A stretch of DNA of 64,000 nt from Octopus sinensis (GCF_006345805.1 NC_042999.1:58404001-58468000), one strand, 5' to 3'; counted from the first letter of the stretch, positions 26,979 through 41,250 are shown. Notes: generated by a model not told the origin, from the letters alone. Translations and numbers: made by a program.

Positions 26979-28324
26979 CATTGTCATTTTTTTGTTGGGA
27001 ATGGAATGTTATGTTTATTTCTGAATTCTAATTACTTATTGTTGGAGAACGTTCTGTAAACAAGTTTTGTTTTTCTTTAATGAGGAGAATCAATGAAACA
27101 GGCAGCTGTTCGAGCTTAATTTTAGCGAATGCTGGATTATAGTTATTAGATGGCATGTTCAATTATCAGTGTGTGTATATGAATGCCGTTATGAGCGTGA
27201 CAGATGTTAATCTGATTATAGAGCTTACTGGAGACTTTTCTTGTAATATATGAAGCTGGTTATTAGCTCCTTATCGTTTCAAGCTAAAACCGAAGCTATT
27301 TAATAGCCATCTATTATTTTCAAGCTAAAATCTAAAAGAAGGAAACAAAAATATAGAAAAATATAGCGTGTGAGGCTAATCTAATTTTCAATTTATTAAA
27401 AATACTAGTTTGGGAAGGTTTATTAAATATATGTTATCTGAAATAAAAATATGAAAAACAGAAAAGGAAAGGAAGGATTTCGAGGGAAAGCTTATCATGT
27501 CTATTGTTTAGTAAAGAGTTTTAAAACGAGAGAAACATTTCTGAGAAAGGAAAATAAATGACAAACGTAAAATAACTTTTGGGAAAGCAAATAATATATA
27601 TCTGAACAAAGGTCCGAACATCAAAGCAAATGAAATAAAGTAGATTCATAGAATTTACATCAAAACGGGGGTACAAAATTGTTGAATAGCGTTTGGTTAC
27701 TTTGAAGCATATATTTTGATGTACTTTAGCACTTAAAATGAAATAACAAGAAATAAATATAAAACTACGAGTTAGCAATTTTTGGCATTTTAGACCATAG
27801 ATAAAAAAAAAGGGAATTAAATAAGAAAGTAATATATATTTTAAATATTATTGAAATATCAATGAAAGTAACTTAAAGCGATAAACATTAAACAGACATT
27901 CACAGAATGGATTGTGCGGCAGATTATCAAATCAAGTTCCGTCAACGTTTTAACAATTTCAGTAAGCATAATTTATGGTCTCGATTCAATAAAATTAACA
28001 CAATATAGGAAACAGCAAGTTGTAAATTGCCAACGTTATCGGCAATACAACAACCGATCCAAAGAATAAATTATACTCTTTAAGTTTTAGTATTTATTGC
28101 TTGCCAAGTGGATATTTTCTTACGTATAAAACAACGAAATGGCTTACATGTTTATGTGATTTCGATCAAGGGAACCTTTATAAAACAAGCACAATAATTA
28201 ATGCTCTATTGAATGAGAAGATAGCTTCTTTGAAGCTAGAAATAGAGCCAAATGTGCCTCAATTGACGCCATAGCTGTCTCTGTGAAGAGCATATTGGAT
28301 GATGTGGCCGAGTATGCACATAGT

Positions 28325-28707
28325 GCACTCCGTCGGTTACGACGACGAGGGTTCCAGTTGATCCGATGACCGGAACAGCCTGCTCGTCAAATTAACGTGT
28401 AAATGGCTGAGCGCTCCACAGCCATGTGTATCCTTAATGAAGTTCTCGGAGAGATTCAGCGTGACACAGAGTGTGACAAGGCTGGCAGTTTTGAAATACA
28501 GGTACAACAGAAACAGGAAGAAAGAGTGAGAGAAAGTTGAAGTGAAAGAGTACAACAGGGGTCGCTACCACCCCTCCTGCCGGAGCCTCGTGGAACTTTA
28601 GGTGTTTTCGCTCAATAAACACTCACAACGCCCGGTCTGGGAATCGAAACCGGAATTCCTATGACCGCGAGTTCGCTGCCCTAACCACTGGGCCATTGCG
28701 CCTCCAC
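28325..28707 (-). mobile_element. Full-length tRNA-derived SINE (family C)
   Basis: Minus strand begins ggaggcgcaatggcccagtggttagggcagcgaactcgcggtcataggaattccggtttcgattcccagacc (A and B boxes) and ends gtcgtcgtaaccgacggagtgc. Confidence 0.8.
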
Positions 28708-29215
28708 TGCACATAATGCACATAAATGAAAAAGTAAAAAATGGGACATGTTTGATTATGGTTCTGTTAGCTCAGTAAGGAGTTGTCTAGGCGCTAAAGA
28801 ACGAGAACGAAAACTACAAAAAACACAGCAAAAAAACAAAAGACAAAACAACACCTATAATCGTCGTATGACTGCTTTCTTCATTCTTTAAACACAGGGA
28901 TGCATATATTGGTATTGTATTATATATAAGTAAAACTGTAAAACCCCGTTCTCTGTACAATACAATTATATTTCTTGCTGACATGGAGGTTGCTAGATTG
29001 AAACCGTCTTAGCTCTGCAGGGCTTGAAGTTTCGTAGAAATAAATACAAGTTTTTAAATACAACTATTTGATGATCAGATGCGATTTTTTTTACTCCTAA
29101 GTAATATATACACGTAGCTCTCTGTGTATCACACTCAATGTATATACACAATTGATAGATCAGTTACTGCAGTATTCGTCCTGACATAACATCTTCTATG
29201 GATGTGATGAGTTAA

Positions 29216-29500
29216 AAACACAATAAATACGAACATTTCTCGGCAGCGATTAACGAGGGCGCCAGGGACATTTCGGCCTATTCAGGTCTTTTCAATGACG
29301 TGTATTCGCAGCCAGCCATATACTCGAATAAGAATTCGACCCCTCCTTTATAGGAAACTGAATAAAACATTTTCACTGGTGATTCTTATTCGAGTATATC
29401 GCTGGCTGCGAATACACGTCATTGAAAAGACCTGAATAGGCCGAAATGCCCCTGGCGCCCTCGTTAATCGCTGCCGAGAAATGTTCGTATTTATCGTGCT
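29216..29500. mobile_element. Young fold-back MITE with ~120-bp near-perfect arms, TTAA-flanked (Kolobok-like termini)
   Basis: Arms ~29216-29336 and ~29383-29500 differ at only a few positions; TTAA at 29212-29215 and 29501-29504; right end reads ...GTGCT|TTAA. Confidence 0.75.
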
Positions 29501-30166
29501 TTAAAATATTTTCACTGGTGGTGTGAATAGCAGCAGTGTAGCATGTCTCGTATGTCTTTTTTGACGTGTAATCCTGACATTTACAGCATACTGTGAACAA
29601 GTAATATGGAACAAGTAATAGTAATGTAAGTGCTAACATATTATGGTGAGCACATTAACTTTAATTAAATAAATAAAGTCATTACTACCTCCTAATACAC
29701 GTTAACGCAGCTGTGCCTCAGTGTGTAAGATAGGTTCTCACCCCATAAAAATATTTTTGAACTTTTTTGCCTTCACCTTTTATTAATGAGAAACAGTTTG
29801 CATCGTATAATCCTTATTTCTTCACTGTAGTGGTGTACAAATTAAAAAAGTTTTAAACCATCTCAGGTTATTAAACAAAGCGCTTCGTCCACCCTCTTCT
29901 CAATTTTTACCCCCATCCCCACCGCTTAGAGACTAGCACTGTGTGATTGCATACAAATAACACCTATTAAATACAGTTAGCAAGAATGGTAGATTGGCAG
30001 AAACACGAAAGGACGAAATATGTTGCAGTATTTCTTTCAGATGTTAAAGTTCTGAATTCAATTCCGACAGATCAGCTTTGCCTTTCATACCACCAGAATC
30101 CAGTGTATGACTGGAGTCATGTAGTCGAGTTGATGGTATCGACTAATCTCTTCAACTTTATCTCTA

Positions 30167-30706
30167 CCTAAATGTGGATGTTCTGTTAGAACAAAGTATA
30201 CTGCAGTAGATACCAGATACCATGAGAGAAACTCATATAGGCTTTTGGTGCAGAATGCACGCCTCTTTGTTTATATCACCAGCAGGGAGATAAATCCCCC
30301 AACTCCAGCGCCGAGTCCACCAGATCACGTGATTTCGATCTTCCTTACTCTCACTGGTGATGGAAGCTCGACTGCTAGAGATAATACCTCTGGGTATATA
30401 TATATTTTAACACGCTAACTGGCTAATAGCGACTCCGCTACCTGTTCAGGCATGGATTTTCTGTATATCTCTTGCGAGGAGACGAGTCGCTGTTACCTCT
30501 AGGGTCGAGCGTCCATCACCAATGAGATCAAAGAAGATCGAAATCACGTACTCTGGTGGTCTCGGAGCTGGCGTCGGTGGGGATTTATCTCCCCGCTGGC
30601 TGTATAAACAAACGAGCATGCATTCTGCACCAACAGCCTATATGAGAGCTTCTCTTATGGTGTCTACTGCGGTAAAGTTTGTTCTAATGAAACACCCACG
30701 TTTAAG
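30167..30706. mobile_element. Older fold-back element (~540 bp, long diverged inverted arms)
   Basis: aaatgtggatgttctgttagaacaaag...ggtgcagaatgcac...ggtgatggaagctcgac is mirrored by gtcgagcgtccatcacc...gcattctgcacc...tttgttctaatgaaacacccacgttta. Confidence 0.75.
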
Positions 30707-33514
30707 CAGTAAGAAATATCACCTCTAAAATACTGCCAAGCTTCGTGAGTTATCAATGGAAGCACTATGTGGTCATTCGACTTTCTAAAAATAACTACAA
30801 AATCCATTAAATCCCACCCATCTCCCTTAAAAGTAGAGCGCATTTGGTGGTTTAGTCCTAGATATCTGAAAATAGAATAAATCCCGGATAAATGACCAAA
30901 GCTGGAATACATTTAATCAGAGAACACCTTAATTAACATTGACTTGGAAGAGAAATAACAACAACAATATTAGCAACGAGGGAGCCTATACAAGTTTATT
31001 CACCATGTTAAAAATAACAGTCAAGTTTCCATAAAATCAGAATGTACCTCCTTAGAAAAGTCTCATCTAATAATGTAGTCAGGAATAGACAATGCTTAAA
31101 TAAGAGGAATTGGCCGTAGCAAGAGCGATTTCGATTCTAAGTCTGCCCGATCAGGGCTTATCTCGGATAAACGAAAACAGCATTTAAGTTTACTCATAAA
31201 TCAAAGCACGAAATAAATCTTATAACTGTAGGCGAGTTAGAAAAAAAAAACAATAAAACAAATTCGTCCTTGAAGGAATGGTTATATTTACCATCATGAG
31301 CCTCACAAAAAGTTGAAATGTCATTTCGGGCGAGAAAATGACTTTTCTCTGCAGTTTTTTCCTCATCTGTCTTGTCCTACCAAAATTTGTAAGAACCTTC
31401 ATACCGTAACTCATGTATTTATTTTTCATTTTGACACCGAATTACCATTTCCTGTTCATTATATTCCTCTAAGAAATATATGACCTTGTAGTTAACGATA
31501 AACAACTACGGAACGAAATCTGATGCTGCACACTTTTTCCGTGTGTGTAACCTTAAGACATCCCAGTCATACGGTTGAATCCCTAGAAAGATCTTTATCG
31601 AGTTTCAGTATATCTTCATGATATTTGGCGTGTGATGTTGTAGGAAAGCTAGAATGCAATAAAACCGGGCAAAAAAATATTAATTTATTAGAAGCCTTTC
31701 CACCACAACACTGTCTATAGACAATGGAAGTCATAAATATGTAAGGATAATGGAAATTATACCGGAACATTCATACTGTGAAGAAAGTTGCGTGACCAGG
31801 ACGTATTAATATAAAAAATGAGTAAGGTAATATTTCACCGAATTTTCTACTTAAGGTAAACTTACATTTCTTATGAGTTCGATGGGAGAGCATCTACGTG
31901 GTCGTCTGGCCTGCAAAAATAGCAGCCAAACAATCACTCTCACATGGCATCGTATTTTATAAAGGAAAGAACAAACTTAGATAGTGTAGTCCTGAAAGGC
32001 AGGATGATCATAGCTGTTTTCTCTTTGGTCCCATGTGCGTTCGATCATGAATGACCTGGGGCTAGATGACAACATTAACAACAAAAACAATAGCAACTCA
32101 AAGTTCATGTCCGACAAATGAAGTCTTGTATGGGATGTCGCTTAGTGCAGTCCAGTATAGTTGTGTACAGCAACAGCATGGTCTCTGTACTATTGTTAGT
32201 CTTTGATTCTTGTAAAAGAAAACCAGCTGATTAGAGTTGTAGAATTTTCTAGTCATAAAGAAGAAATCTGGACTTTTGGATACAGTTTATGCTATGTTAC
32301 GCATGCGGGATTGCTCTGTAAGATCATCGTAGATTGTGAAGCCTAACATACTTTTTAGTAACATTAAAGATCTTAATTGTGTGTTTTTGGAGATTAAATA
32401 GACGAGACACGCCATTATTTCGTTGATATGAACAGAGATTATGTTCCTCTTTAATGTTGCAAGAAAAAAAAAAAGAAAAAGAATAAGTCATAGCTGAATT
32501 CGGTGGATTCGTTTGTTTTTCTTTTTTGCAGGGGCGATTATTTATGGGGTCTGAGTAAGGTTATCGTCCAGATTGTTCATTGACGGCGCCTGTGGAATTC
32601 GAATGATAAAATAATCTTTAAAATCTCTGAAATTCATTAAAGAAAAAATGCGACCAACAGTCATCAACTAGACTTTTTAACCAGGAAATATTTTCATACG
32701 ATTTCCAATCGAGAAAGGCTAGGAAATATCAACATTATTTTTGAAATAAGAACCAAACTGGCGATAATCACTGTTGTATCCATACCAGCAGTGTGTTGTC
32801 AAGGCTCGTATTCATATCACACATAGATTTACGAGTGCAGATACTACAGTTAAACTTCCTTTTTTTTTCTTTCATAACGATAACCTATAAAATAAATTTT
32901 AAGACATAAAATCGATATTGAAACCAAATAAATGCAAATATATAACTACCGAGTGCAAAGAACCTACTGAATATGTATATCGTTGAACTTGGATACGATT
33001 GAGGCAAGATTGTAGTAAATTTTGCAATACCACTTTGCAACCTTATGAAACTTTAAAGTTTATATGGAAAAGAAATAAGAAAATAAAGCGTTAAACTAAT
33101 ATCAATATATTTCAAATTAGTTTTGAGAGAAATCTAGGAAGATAAGTAAATTTATTCATTTGGAGTTTATTTTTCTTTTAATGTCTACAAATTTGATTCC
33201 AAGTCTGGGAATATTGCAACACTTCACACATAAACTTATGTCAAAACATTCATAAATTTTTCTTGATGTCGCTGCTACTGTTGTTGCTGTTATTGTTTCG
33301 CCTCAATGGACAGTACCCAGTGATAATTTGACTTTAGTAATTTTTGTTATATGTTGATGTAAGACTTTTATCATATGTGTATACTCCTCTCTGGCGTATG
33401 TCAGACTGTAAACTCGTCTTTTATGCGTATGTTATTATGCAAGACTTGCTGTTACCAGGCTTTTCGTGTTGTAATAAATTATTTTTAGTGCTCTATATGT
33501 TTGTAACAGTGAAT

Positions 33515-33650
33515 GCTCGTGGCTTAATGGTTAGGGTTTTGAGGGCATGAGCATGAGTTCGTGTGTTCGATTTCTGGAGCTGTGTCCTTGACCAAGACGT
33601 TTCATTTTATGTTGCTCCAATCTACACAGTCTAGAGTTGGTGCACTGTTT
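33515..33650 (+). mobile_element. Diverged tRNA-derived SINE (family G); related copies at ~35755-35930 (+) and ~49630-49810 (-)
   Basis: tggcttaatggttagg...gttcgattt...gtgt(c/t)cttga(c/g)caa(g/a)ac(g/a)(t/c)ttc(a/g)tttta shared among copies. Confidence 0.6.
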
Positions 33651-34066
33651 TATACTTCCATCGATTATATCCTAGGTATTTCGCGGATCAAGGAGGGTGA
33701 TTGCAAAGAAAATATCTATGCCTGCTCACGACTACATAGATCCCTAAAGCAATCAGTGAAATCATAATGCATGCTACAAACTCATGTTCACTTGCAAGTG
33801 ACGGCTATAGTTTTATATGCTTGAAATGAAAATTTGTAAATGAGTGTTGTTGTTGTTTTTGTTTTTGTTTAACCTTAAGTTTGGTCTAACTATATGACGA
33901 AAGACATACCTAAAAATAGATGGTTATAATAACAAAAATAATCACAGACAGATATATTGATATACAAATGGATAAATAGAACGATGGACAGACGGTGTAA
34001 AACAGAGAGCGATAGATATGCTTTGAGATTGATCTGTGCTGTATGTGTGTACATACATGTATATAT

Positions 34067-34590
34067 AGAGACTGTGAAAGACTGAAGAAGCTAAATATGA
34101 ACAAAAGTGATTGGGAAAATGATGTTCTAGATCGGAACAAGTGGAGAGATGCTGTTAGGACTGGTTGCAATGTCTGGGAGGAAAAGATGATTCAGCACTC
34201 TGAACTTAAAAGGACCTGTCATAAAGGAACATTTGGAACTGTAATCAACACTGACCATTGGATATGCATTATGTGACCGTGTTCTGTTGTCAAAAGCAGG
34301 TTACGTGAATCATATGAAGTCACATGAAAATCGTAATGCTCAGGTAAGTACTGATCTTGGACACCAATCGCCTCTTACAACTTATGTCATATGTCAAAAA
34401 ACTTGTAAGACAATATCACAATATCTGGACTTAAAAGACATATGCTAGTTCACAAAAACATTCCTTCAGAATCAGATTCCAAAGGGCAAAGATATACAAG
34501 AAACTGAATATCTGTCACTTGTGTTTTAAACCCTGTCAGTAAGCAGCTGGTCTTAAAAGTCATTGTGTGACTGTGTTGTGTGATGGTGTG
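34067..34590 (+). mobile_element. 3' end of an RTE-clade LINE ORF with three C2H2-like zinc fingers (decayed)
   Basis: WENDVLDRNKWRDAVRTGCNVWEEK (RTE/BovB-type motif), then CxMCDRxLLSKAGYVNHMKSH, CQKTCK..SGLKRHMLVH and CHLCFKPC..AGLKSH across frameshifts. Confidence 0.7.
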
Positions 34591-36029
34591 TGGTTTGTGT
34601 GTTAATTGTAATACTCTTCATACCAAAGTATCTTAGAAACATATTTCACACTAGATCCAAATTACCATGATATTGGATTTATGATGAAGTCGAATCTATA
34701 TAACAGAGAAAGTACGAAACCGAAATAATTATAAGTTAATTCGCATTATAATACACACATTAATGGAATAGTTACGCGAATTAAAACAAATTATTACTAA
34801 ATTATTTTTGATTGATTAGTTGTAAATTTATAAAAATTATCATTCATAGATTGGATTATTGAGTAAAGATGACATTAGCATTTGTACACAATTGTTTTAA
34901 AACTGAGTATACGATAATTTAACTTAATTTTAATATAACTTACTTTCGATGAACTAAACAAATTTTCTGTGATAAAAGAATTTCACAGAATGTACAACAT
35001 ATAGTGATTCCAGTATTTTTGAGCAACAATGCTAGCCCCATACTTTTATGGTTTATTATGATATTCTGTAACCCATTTGAGCGAGCGCGTTTTTGAATTC
35101 TAGCTTCGTACTTTTTAAGGCAACGCTTGTAGTATGTTATACATGTACCGTAATTCTCCGAATGGCATGGCAGCCTCTAATAAACTGACACATAAACACT
35201 GACCAATTGAATAGTGTGACTGCCACAATATTAAAAAAATGTACGATAAAATTTATAATAATTGTCGTATTTGTTTATTATCATACAGCGGCTCTATAAA
35301 TAAATGTATCTTAAAAAGTATTAATAATATTAATTTTTAGAAAATCCTTAGCAAAGTCTAAAATGACATACCATGCAACGAAGAGAAGGCGAAAATAAGT
35401 AAGACAAAATTCTCGAAGACAGCTGCATGCCAAACTATCGCTCATGGGTTGATGATGATTGAAAATTAACCAATAAAACGCGATCACCACGCAAACGGCA
35501 CGGCTCCCTGACACTTTCATTCGCAACCTAAGACTACACACAGTAGACTCGATTATAACATTCTGTTGTTGGTCACTGCGTACTGACAGATAGGTAAGTT
35601 GTATTTTTCAAATAGGAGAAACAGAATTCAATCCACAAAGCCTAGTATAAACAATAATTTTTATACTTGAAATATTACAAGAGGTAATTCCAGGACTAAC
35701 AATGTAGGGCCACGGTTTGATAGGTTCCCTAACCAAAACTTGGCCCTTAATATTTCTTGCGTGTGGTTTAGTGGTTAAGGTATAGCAATTATGATCGCAA
35801 GTTTGTGGTTTCGATTCCTAGACCGGATGATACGTTGTGTTCTTGAGCAAAACACTTCGTTTTATGTAGCAGAAGTTCACAAAGCTGGCAAAAATGTGTA
35901 ATACTGCGACGAAATGTGTCTCGTCTAGGGATTAATATATACGCAACAGAATCTGAGGAAACGGATTATGCGCATATATATATAAAGGGATCTAAGGTTC
36001 TTCGTGGACGAGAAATGAGGGTTCAGCAA

Positions 36030-36265
36030 AATAAAGCCGTAATCATGTTCTCTGGATATGCATACGTCCCTTGAGGCCTACTGGTGCCTTGTAAAGCTTC
36101 TGGTAAATGGAACAAGTTGAGGAATCAGTTTGCTCGAGTTCTTCTGGATCATTTACTTCGTAATTTCTTGAGTGGACGGCAAGGTCTGCTTTGCTCTGTG
36201 CCACAAAACCACAATGTCAAGTAAGGATTTCATATAGACGAGCGGTGTTTTGCCATCATGTCTTC
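36030..36265 (-). mobile_element. Possible second RTE-like zinc-finger tail fragment
   Basis: CGFVAQSKADLAVHSRNY and TCSIYQKLYKAPVGLKGRMHIQ resemble decayed C2H2 fingers. Confidence 0.35.
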
Positions 36266-36327
<62 letters not shown>

Positions 36328-36819
36328 AGTCAAAAGATGAGATTAAGAGATTCTCAATATAGAAAACACTTCTAGCGCTTAAATGATTTGAACTTATACT
36401 CCGAAAACTTTACCGAGGACCAAATTTGCGGAGTAAAAGCCAGATTTTTAACTTTTCACCCCGACGACGGAGGTCAGATTTAGCCAATGTTTATTTGCTT
36501 CCATTACTGGCTGCATATTCTAGTGAAGTACATCTGCCAACATGTAACTCCGAGACCCCACCCCAGAAACAGCTGTCGGACTTGTAACACCGTACCTTCT
36601 CCTCTTTCATTTTCTCCGTCTTTGTACTCTGTGTAAATTTGTTCAGTTAATATATGAATATCTATTTTCAGTCTTTGCTTTCTCTTTATTCACCCCCCCA
36701 CACGCACCCCCCACATGCATATGTATTTTCTATATTAAACGCAAGTAGTTTTATTCATTTACTTGCATCATTACCTGTCTGTTTATCAATCTATCTGTCC
36801 CTCTCTCTGTTTCAGTGTA

Positions 36820-36880
<61 letters not shown>

Positions 36881-38016
36881 GAGTATGTGTGTGTATGTGT
36901 GTGTGTGCGTGCGTGCATGCATGTATGCATGTATGTATGCATGTATGTATGTATGTATGTATGAATGTATGTATGTATGTATGTATGTATGTACGTATGT
37001 ATGTATGTATGTAATTAGGTAGGATATATGTCCCAGCCGACTTTGTATCAAAGAGGAGTTGGAAATTATATTAACTAGCATTTATCGCCCTACTTAATAA
37101 CCCTAAAGAGGTAGATTTTTTTCGCACTCACAGGAAGTCTCGGACCTTCTGACAATCTTGGGTGGCACTTAACTGTAACTGCAACGTGATAGCTTAGTCT
37201 TCTGCTCTTTCCCAACGTGCTACGATTGTATCTTTGCCAAAAGGTTCTCGTATTGTTGCACAAACAGAATGAAAGTTATACAATATCCTACATCGGAATA
37301 ACACTTTTATCTCGTTCCTGCATTTACGCTTTCCTCAGCCGATCCACAGTATGTGTTCCCTTACAGTGTATTGCCATATTGTGGTTGTTTGTTATTAGAT
37401 ATTTCTCTTGATACTAGATTGTCTAGAATCTGTTTCTTCTCTGTTTCCTCCGTATCATATTTGTGCATATGTTCTTATGTGAGTGTGTGTGAGTACATAT
37501 ATGTTCACCACAGCGTGTATGGGGGAGGGAGGGCATAGTCCTGATATCCCTCTTTCCCCCACGTCATCTATCTTCTGTCTTATGCATTCTTACTCTCTCA
37601 CTTCCTTCACCATCGATTCTGCTATAATAACTTGACGGTTCTTATTTACATGCTGGTCTGTACAAGTCTCCAATTTTGCTATATTTTCGCTAATAATACT
37701 GACAAAATGTGTTGACACCATTGTGTTATGTAATAGGTCAAAACGGCTGACCGAAACACATGTACATTATATAAAATATAAAATATCCGGTTATATTTAC
37801 TTTGTTCTTTTTCCGTATGATGACCTGGAATCTGTACATTAACCTATCTGGAGTTATGATGTTTATTGCCAAATGACGGAGAACATTAGATTGGAGTGCC
37901 GGAAACTTTTGGTAGCGTGTCGTGCATTCTGCCGTACTTTTAAAGTGTGTATACATATATTATATATATATGTACATATGTATGCATGTATGTATATTTA
38001 TACATATATTACACAT

Positions 38017-38050
<34 letters not shown>

Positions 38051-38241
38051 GTAAACAGCTTAAAGATCCATCTGAGGTAGAATCAACAAAAATTTACTCC
38101 ATCTAGTGAAATATAAATATCAAGCTATGGTTTAATAATTGACATGAATCCCATCACTATTACACAAAGATGATAAGACATGAATAGACATGAAACTCAT
38201 AGGTTCAACTTCTCCGCTCTTTCTTTTAAGTTCTTATCTTT

Positions 38242-38321
38242 TCTGCACTGATGAGTACTTTGATACTTGCAAATTCTGAAAATGACTTTATATCTATGTA
38301 CGAAACGATCGTACGCAAGAA
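38242..38321 (+). ncRNA. Type I hammerhead ribozyme motif (Penelope-pLTR type)
   Basis: TCTGCA CTGATGA GTAC [39 nt] GTAC GAA ACGATCGT A CGCAAGAA: full core, helix II GTAC/GTAC, palindromic helix III, GUA site; helix I has one mismatch and a bulge. Confidence 0.7.
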
Positions 38322-38551
38322 TAAACTTCTTACAACTTTTTAACAACTTATCTTCTTCATTTATATTAAATCAAATAATATTATTCGATTTATAGACCTT
38401 CGTTCTATAACTCAGTCATACACTTTATATATATCATCATTCATTATACTTTAGGAAGAATAATATATATATATATACACACACAATATATAGATATACA
38501 TATGCATATACATATATATATATATATACAGAGAGATAGATAATAGAGAGG

Positions 38552-38600
<49 letters not shown>

Positions 38601-39427
38601 TGAAGGTATATAATTTCAAAACTAGAAACCACACGCAATGCAGTTCCACAGATGTAAGGCTCAAATATTTAGAAATATCAAAGCAAACAAACACAAGCTG
38701 TTATTTTTGTAAGTTAATACAGTGAGTTAATACGTAAATTTTCTATTTAGCATAAAATTCAAAGTTAAGCTACAGTGCCAAAGGTACCTACAAGACTCTA
38801 ATATGCATGCACGTTCATACATATGTGTATGTATATGTATGTATGTATGTATTTTTGTTTGTATGTTTGTGTATATATATATATAATATACGCACAAACA
38901 TACGTAAGTTTAAATTAGACTATTTCCAGTGATTTGTGAGTGTTCACGAATGATTTATTCCTGTTTAAATTTTTCATTAAAAGCAGGCATTGAATGTTGT
39001 CACATAACAAATGGATTGCCTGCAAATATCTCACACTATAGATGGGTACACGTGATCAATATTTTTTCTAATGGAAGACCTTCAAATTATATGCTTTACT
39101 TCAATTCCATTAACCCAAATGACTATTGTTACAGACACTATAATACTAGATATACATGAGCATACGTACAAATGTGTGTGTGTGTGTGTATATATATATA
39201 TAACATCATGTACACTATCATGTAAACATATATATATACATATATACATATATACATATACATACATATATATATGTATGTATGTATGCATTTGCTACGC
39301 AGTGTTATATATAACACATGAAATCTCTTAACTAGAAAAACTTGGAATAGCCAAAACACGTACATCATTCAAAATGCAAAATTTTACAAAAATGCATTAA
39401 GATTGAATGTGCGAATACTGTACGTGC

Positions 39428-39474
<47 letters not shown>

Positions 39475-39824
39475 CTTTTACCTTTTTTTTCAGCCATTGA
39501 TCTGCGATTATGTTGGGGCAGTGCCTTGCAGAGTATTTTGTGCCAATACTTGTTTCTGAGTCTGGTACTTATTCTATTATTGGTCTGCTTTGCCGAACTG
39601 TAAAGTTAAGGGGAGGTAAACTACCCGACACCGGTTGTTAAGTGGTGGCGGGGGACCAAACATAAATACGAAGACAAACAAACATATTACATATTCACTG
39701 AAATTTCGTATCCGAGATGTCAGATGTAAATAAACAATGAGATCGAAGTTTTAAAAAGAGTAATGGGAATATATGCCATATTTCGTTCAGTTTTGTGTCA
39801 TATTTGGGAAGTTTTGAATATATT

Positions 39825-41250
39825 TTGTTACGCCTAAAATACTGCCGACTCACAAACTAACACCCCCCCACACCCCTTGTGTATGTGTGTTCGATTTTAT
39901 TTATATATCTCGAGCTGCTTCTAATTTCTATTTGAATTTTTCCCGTGTCATGGAACGTTGGGACATTCCAGCAGATGGTTTCTAAGCCGTTTATCATATA
40001 GTCATAGTCAGCGATATGGCTGGCAGCAGGCCTTGTTCGGTACGCGGCGTTCAAAAGTCGCAGCAGTGACGAAACATCGATGTCTGTCGCTCTGAGAAAG
40101 GGACCTGATATGAGTTGTCTCGCATGCCTATGACTTACTTTCAGGCTGCATTTTAACACCAGGTGTATTTGGAATTTATTCTCTTACGCCTAAAATGCAG
40201 CCAGGCCACGAACTAATACCACACACACTTTGTGTATGTGTGTTCTATTTCTATATATATTGTACGAGCAAAACGCCACCCCCTTCCAATGGAAGGTGCT
40301 GAGTTGTCAAACATTTACAACAAATTTTCTCAAAACAAATTGCCCGACCGTCCTATAGGCCTCCCTTTTGAGAAACACTGATTTAACCTAAATTTGAGAC
40401 ACCAGCAAAAGAAGAAATAAAGATAGAATTTTTTCTATTCCAAAGAAAAACTATTTTATTCACACAAATATGCAACCGAAGAGTTTAAAGTACCAGTAAT
40501 GATAAGACTGTTGACTGGGAGAACACAATCATAGTTTAAATAGTAAGCTTGGCAGGAAAGAAACGAGCCTTAAAGCAGTACAAAAATAACAAAACTGGAA
40601 GGTGCAGTTATGTACAGGTTGACGGAAGAAAAGCAGGACAAAAACGGCTTTATCGATCGCATTCTCACCTGGGATCGAATTTTGTAATTTTTTCAAGACT
40701 TATACACGCCCTGATACAGTCGATATCTACATATCAAATTTGAGCGCAATCGGATGGAGGATGCCCGAGATCCGAGAGGACATACAGACAGACAGAACGT
40801 ATTTTATATAAGAGATGTACATATATTTACATACATTCAAAGTTATGCAGATATATGCACATACATACGAACATAATACATGTATATATTATCTATGTAT
40901 ATATGCATGTATGATTGTATGTACACGCACATAAACACACGTACTCAGTTTATGACTGAGGTTTTATTTATCGTCCCAAGGGAGAGAAAAGTAAAGCTGG
41001 CCCCAGAAGGATTTGAACGCAAAGAACTGGAACAAATAATGCAAAGTATTTTATCGGACCTGTGTTGTTAGTTCGTGGGCCGGCTGCATTTTAGGCGTAA
41101 GAGAATAAATTTCCAATACGCCTGGTGTTAAAAGCACATGAAAGTAAGTCATAGGTATGTGAGACAACTCATATCAGGTCTCTTTCTCAGAGCGACAGAC
41201 ATCGATGTTTCGCCATTGTTGGGACTTTTGAACGCCGCGTGCCAACGACT
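39825..41250. repeat. Unclassified repeat: ~80-bp direct repeats (39825-39905, 40185-40260) plus an inverted partial copy (41068-41250 mirrors ~40045-40225)
   Basis: ttacgcctaaaat(a/g)c.gcc...ac(a/g)aactaa is repeated; gaaacatcgatgtctgtcgctctgagaaag.gacctgatatgagttgtctc occurs in both orientations. Confidence 0.7.

Noticed and set aside
27896-27961. Possible small exon (ag|...IHRMDCAADYQIKFRQRFNNF|gtaagc); similar candidates at ~15487-15561 (+), ~31283-31367 (-) and ~35341-35592 (+)
   Set aside because: Splice-like dinucleotides are common by chance; there is no recognisable protein or consistent multi-exon model. RNA-seq is needed.
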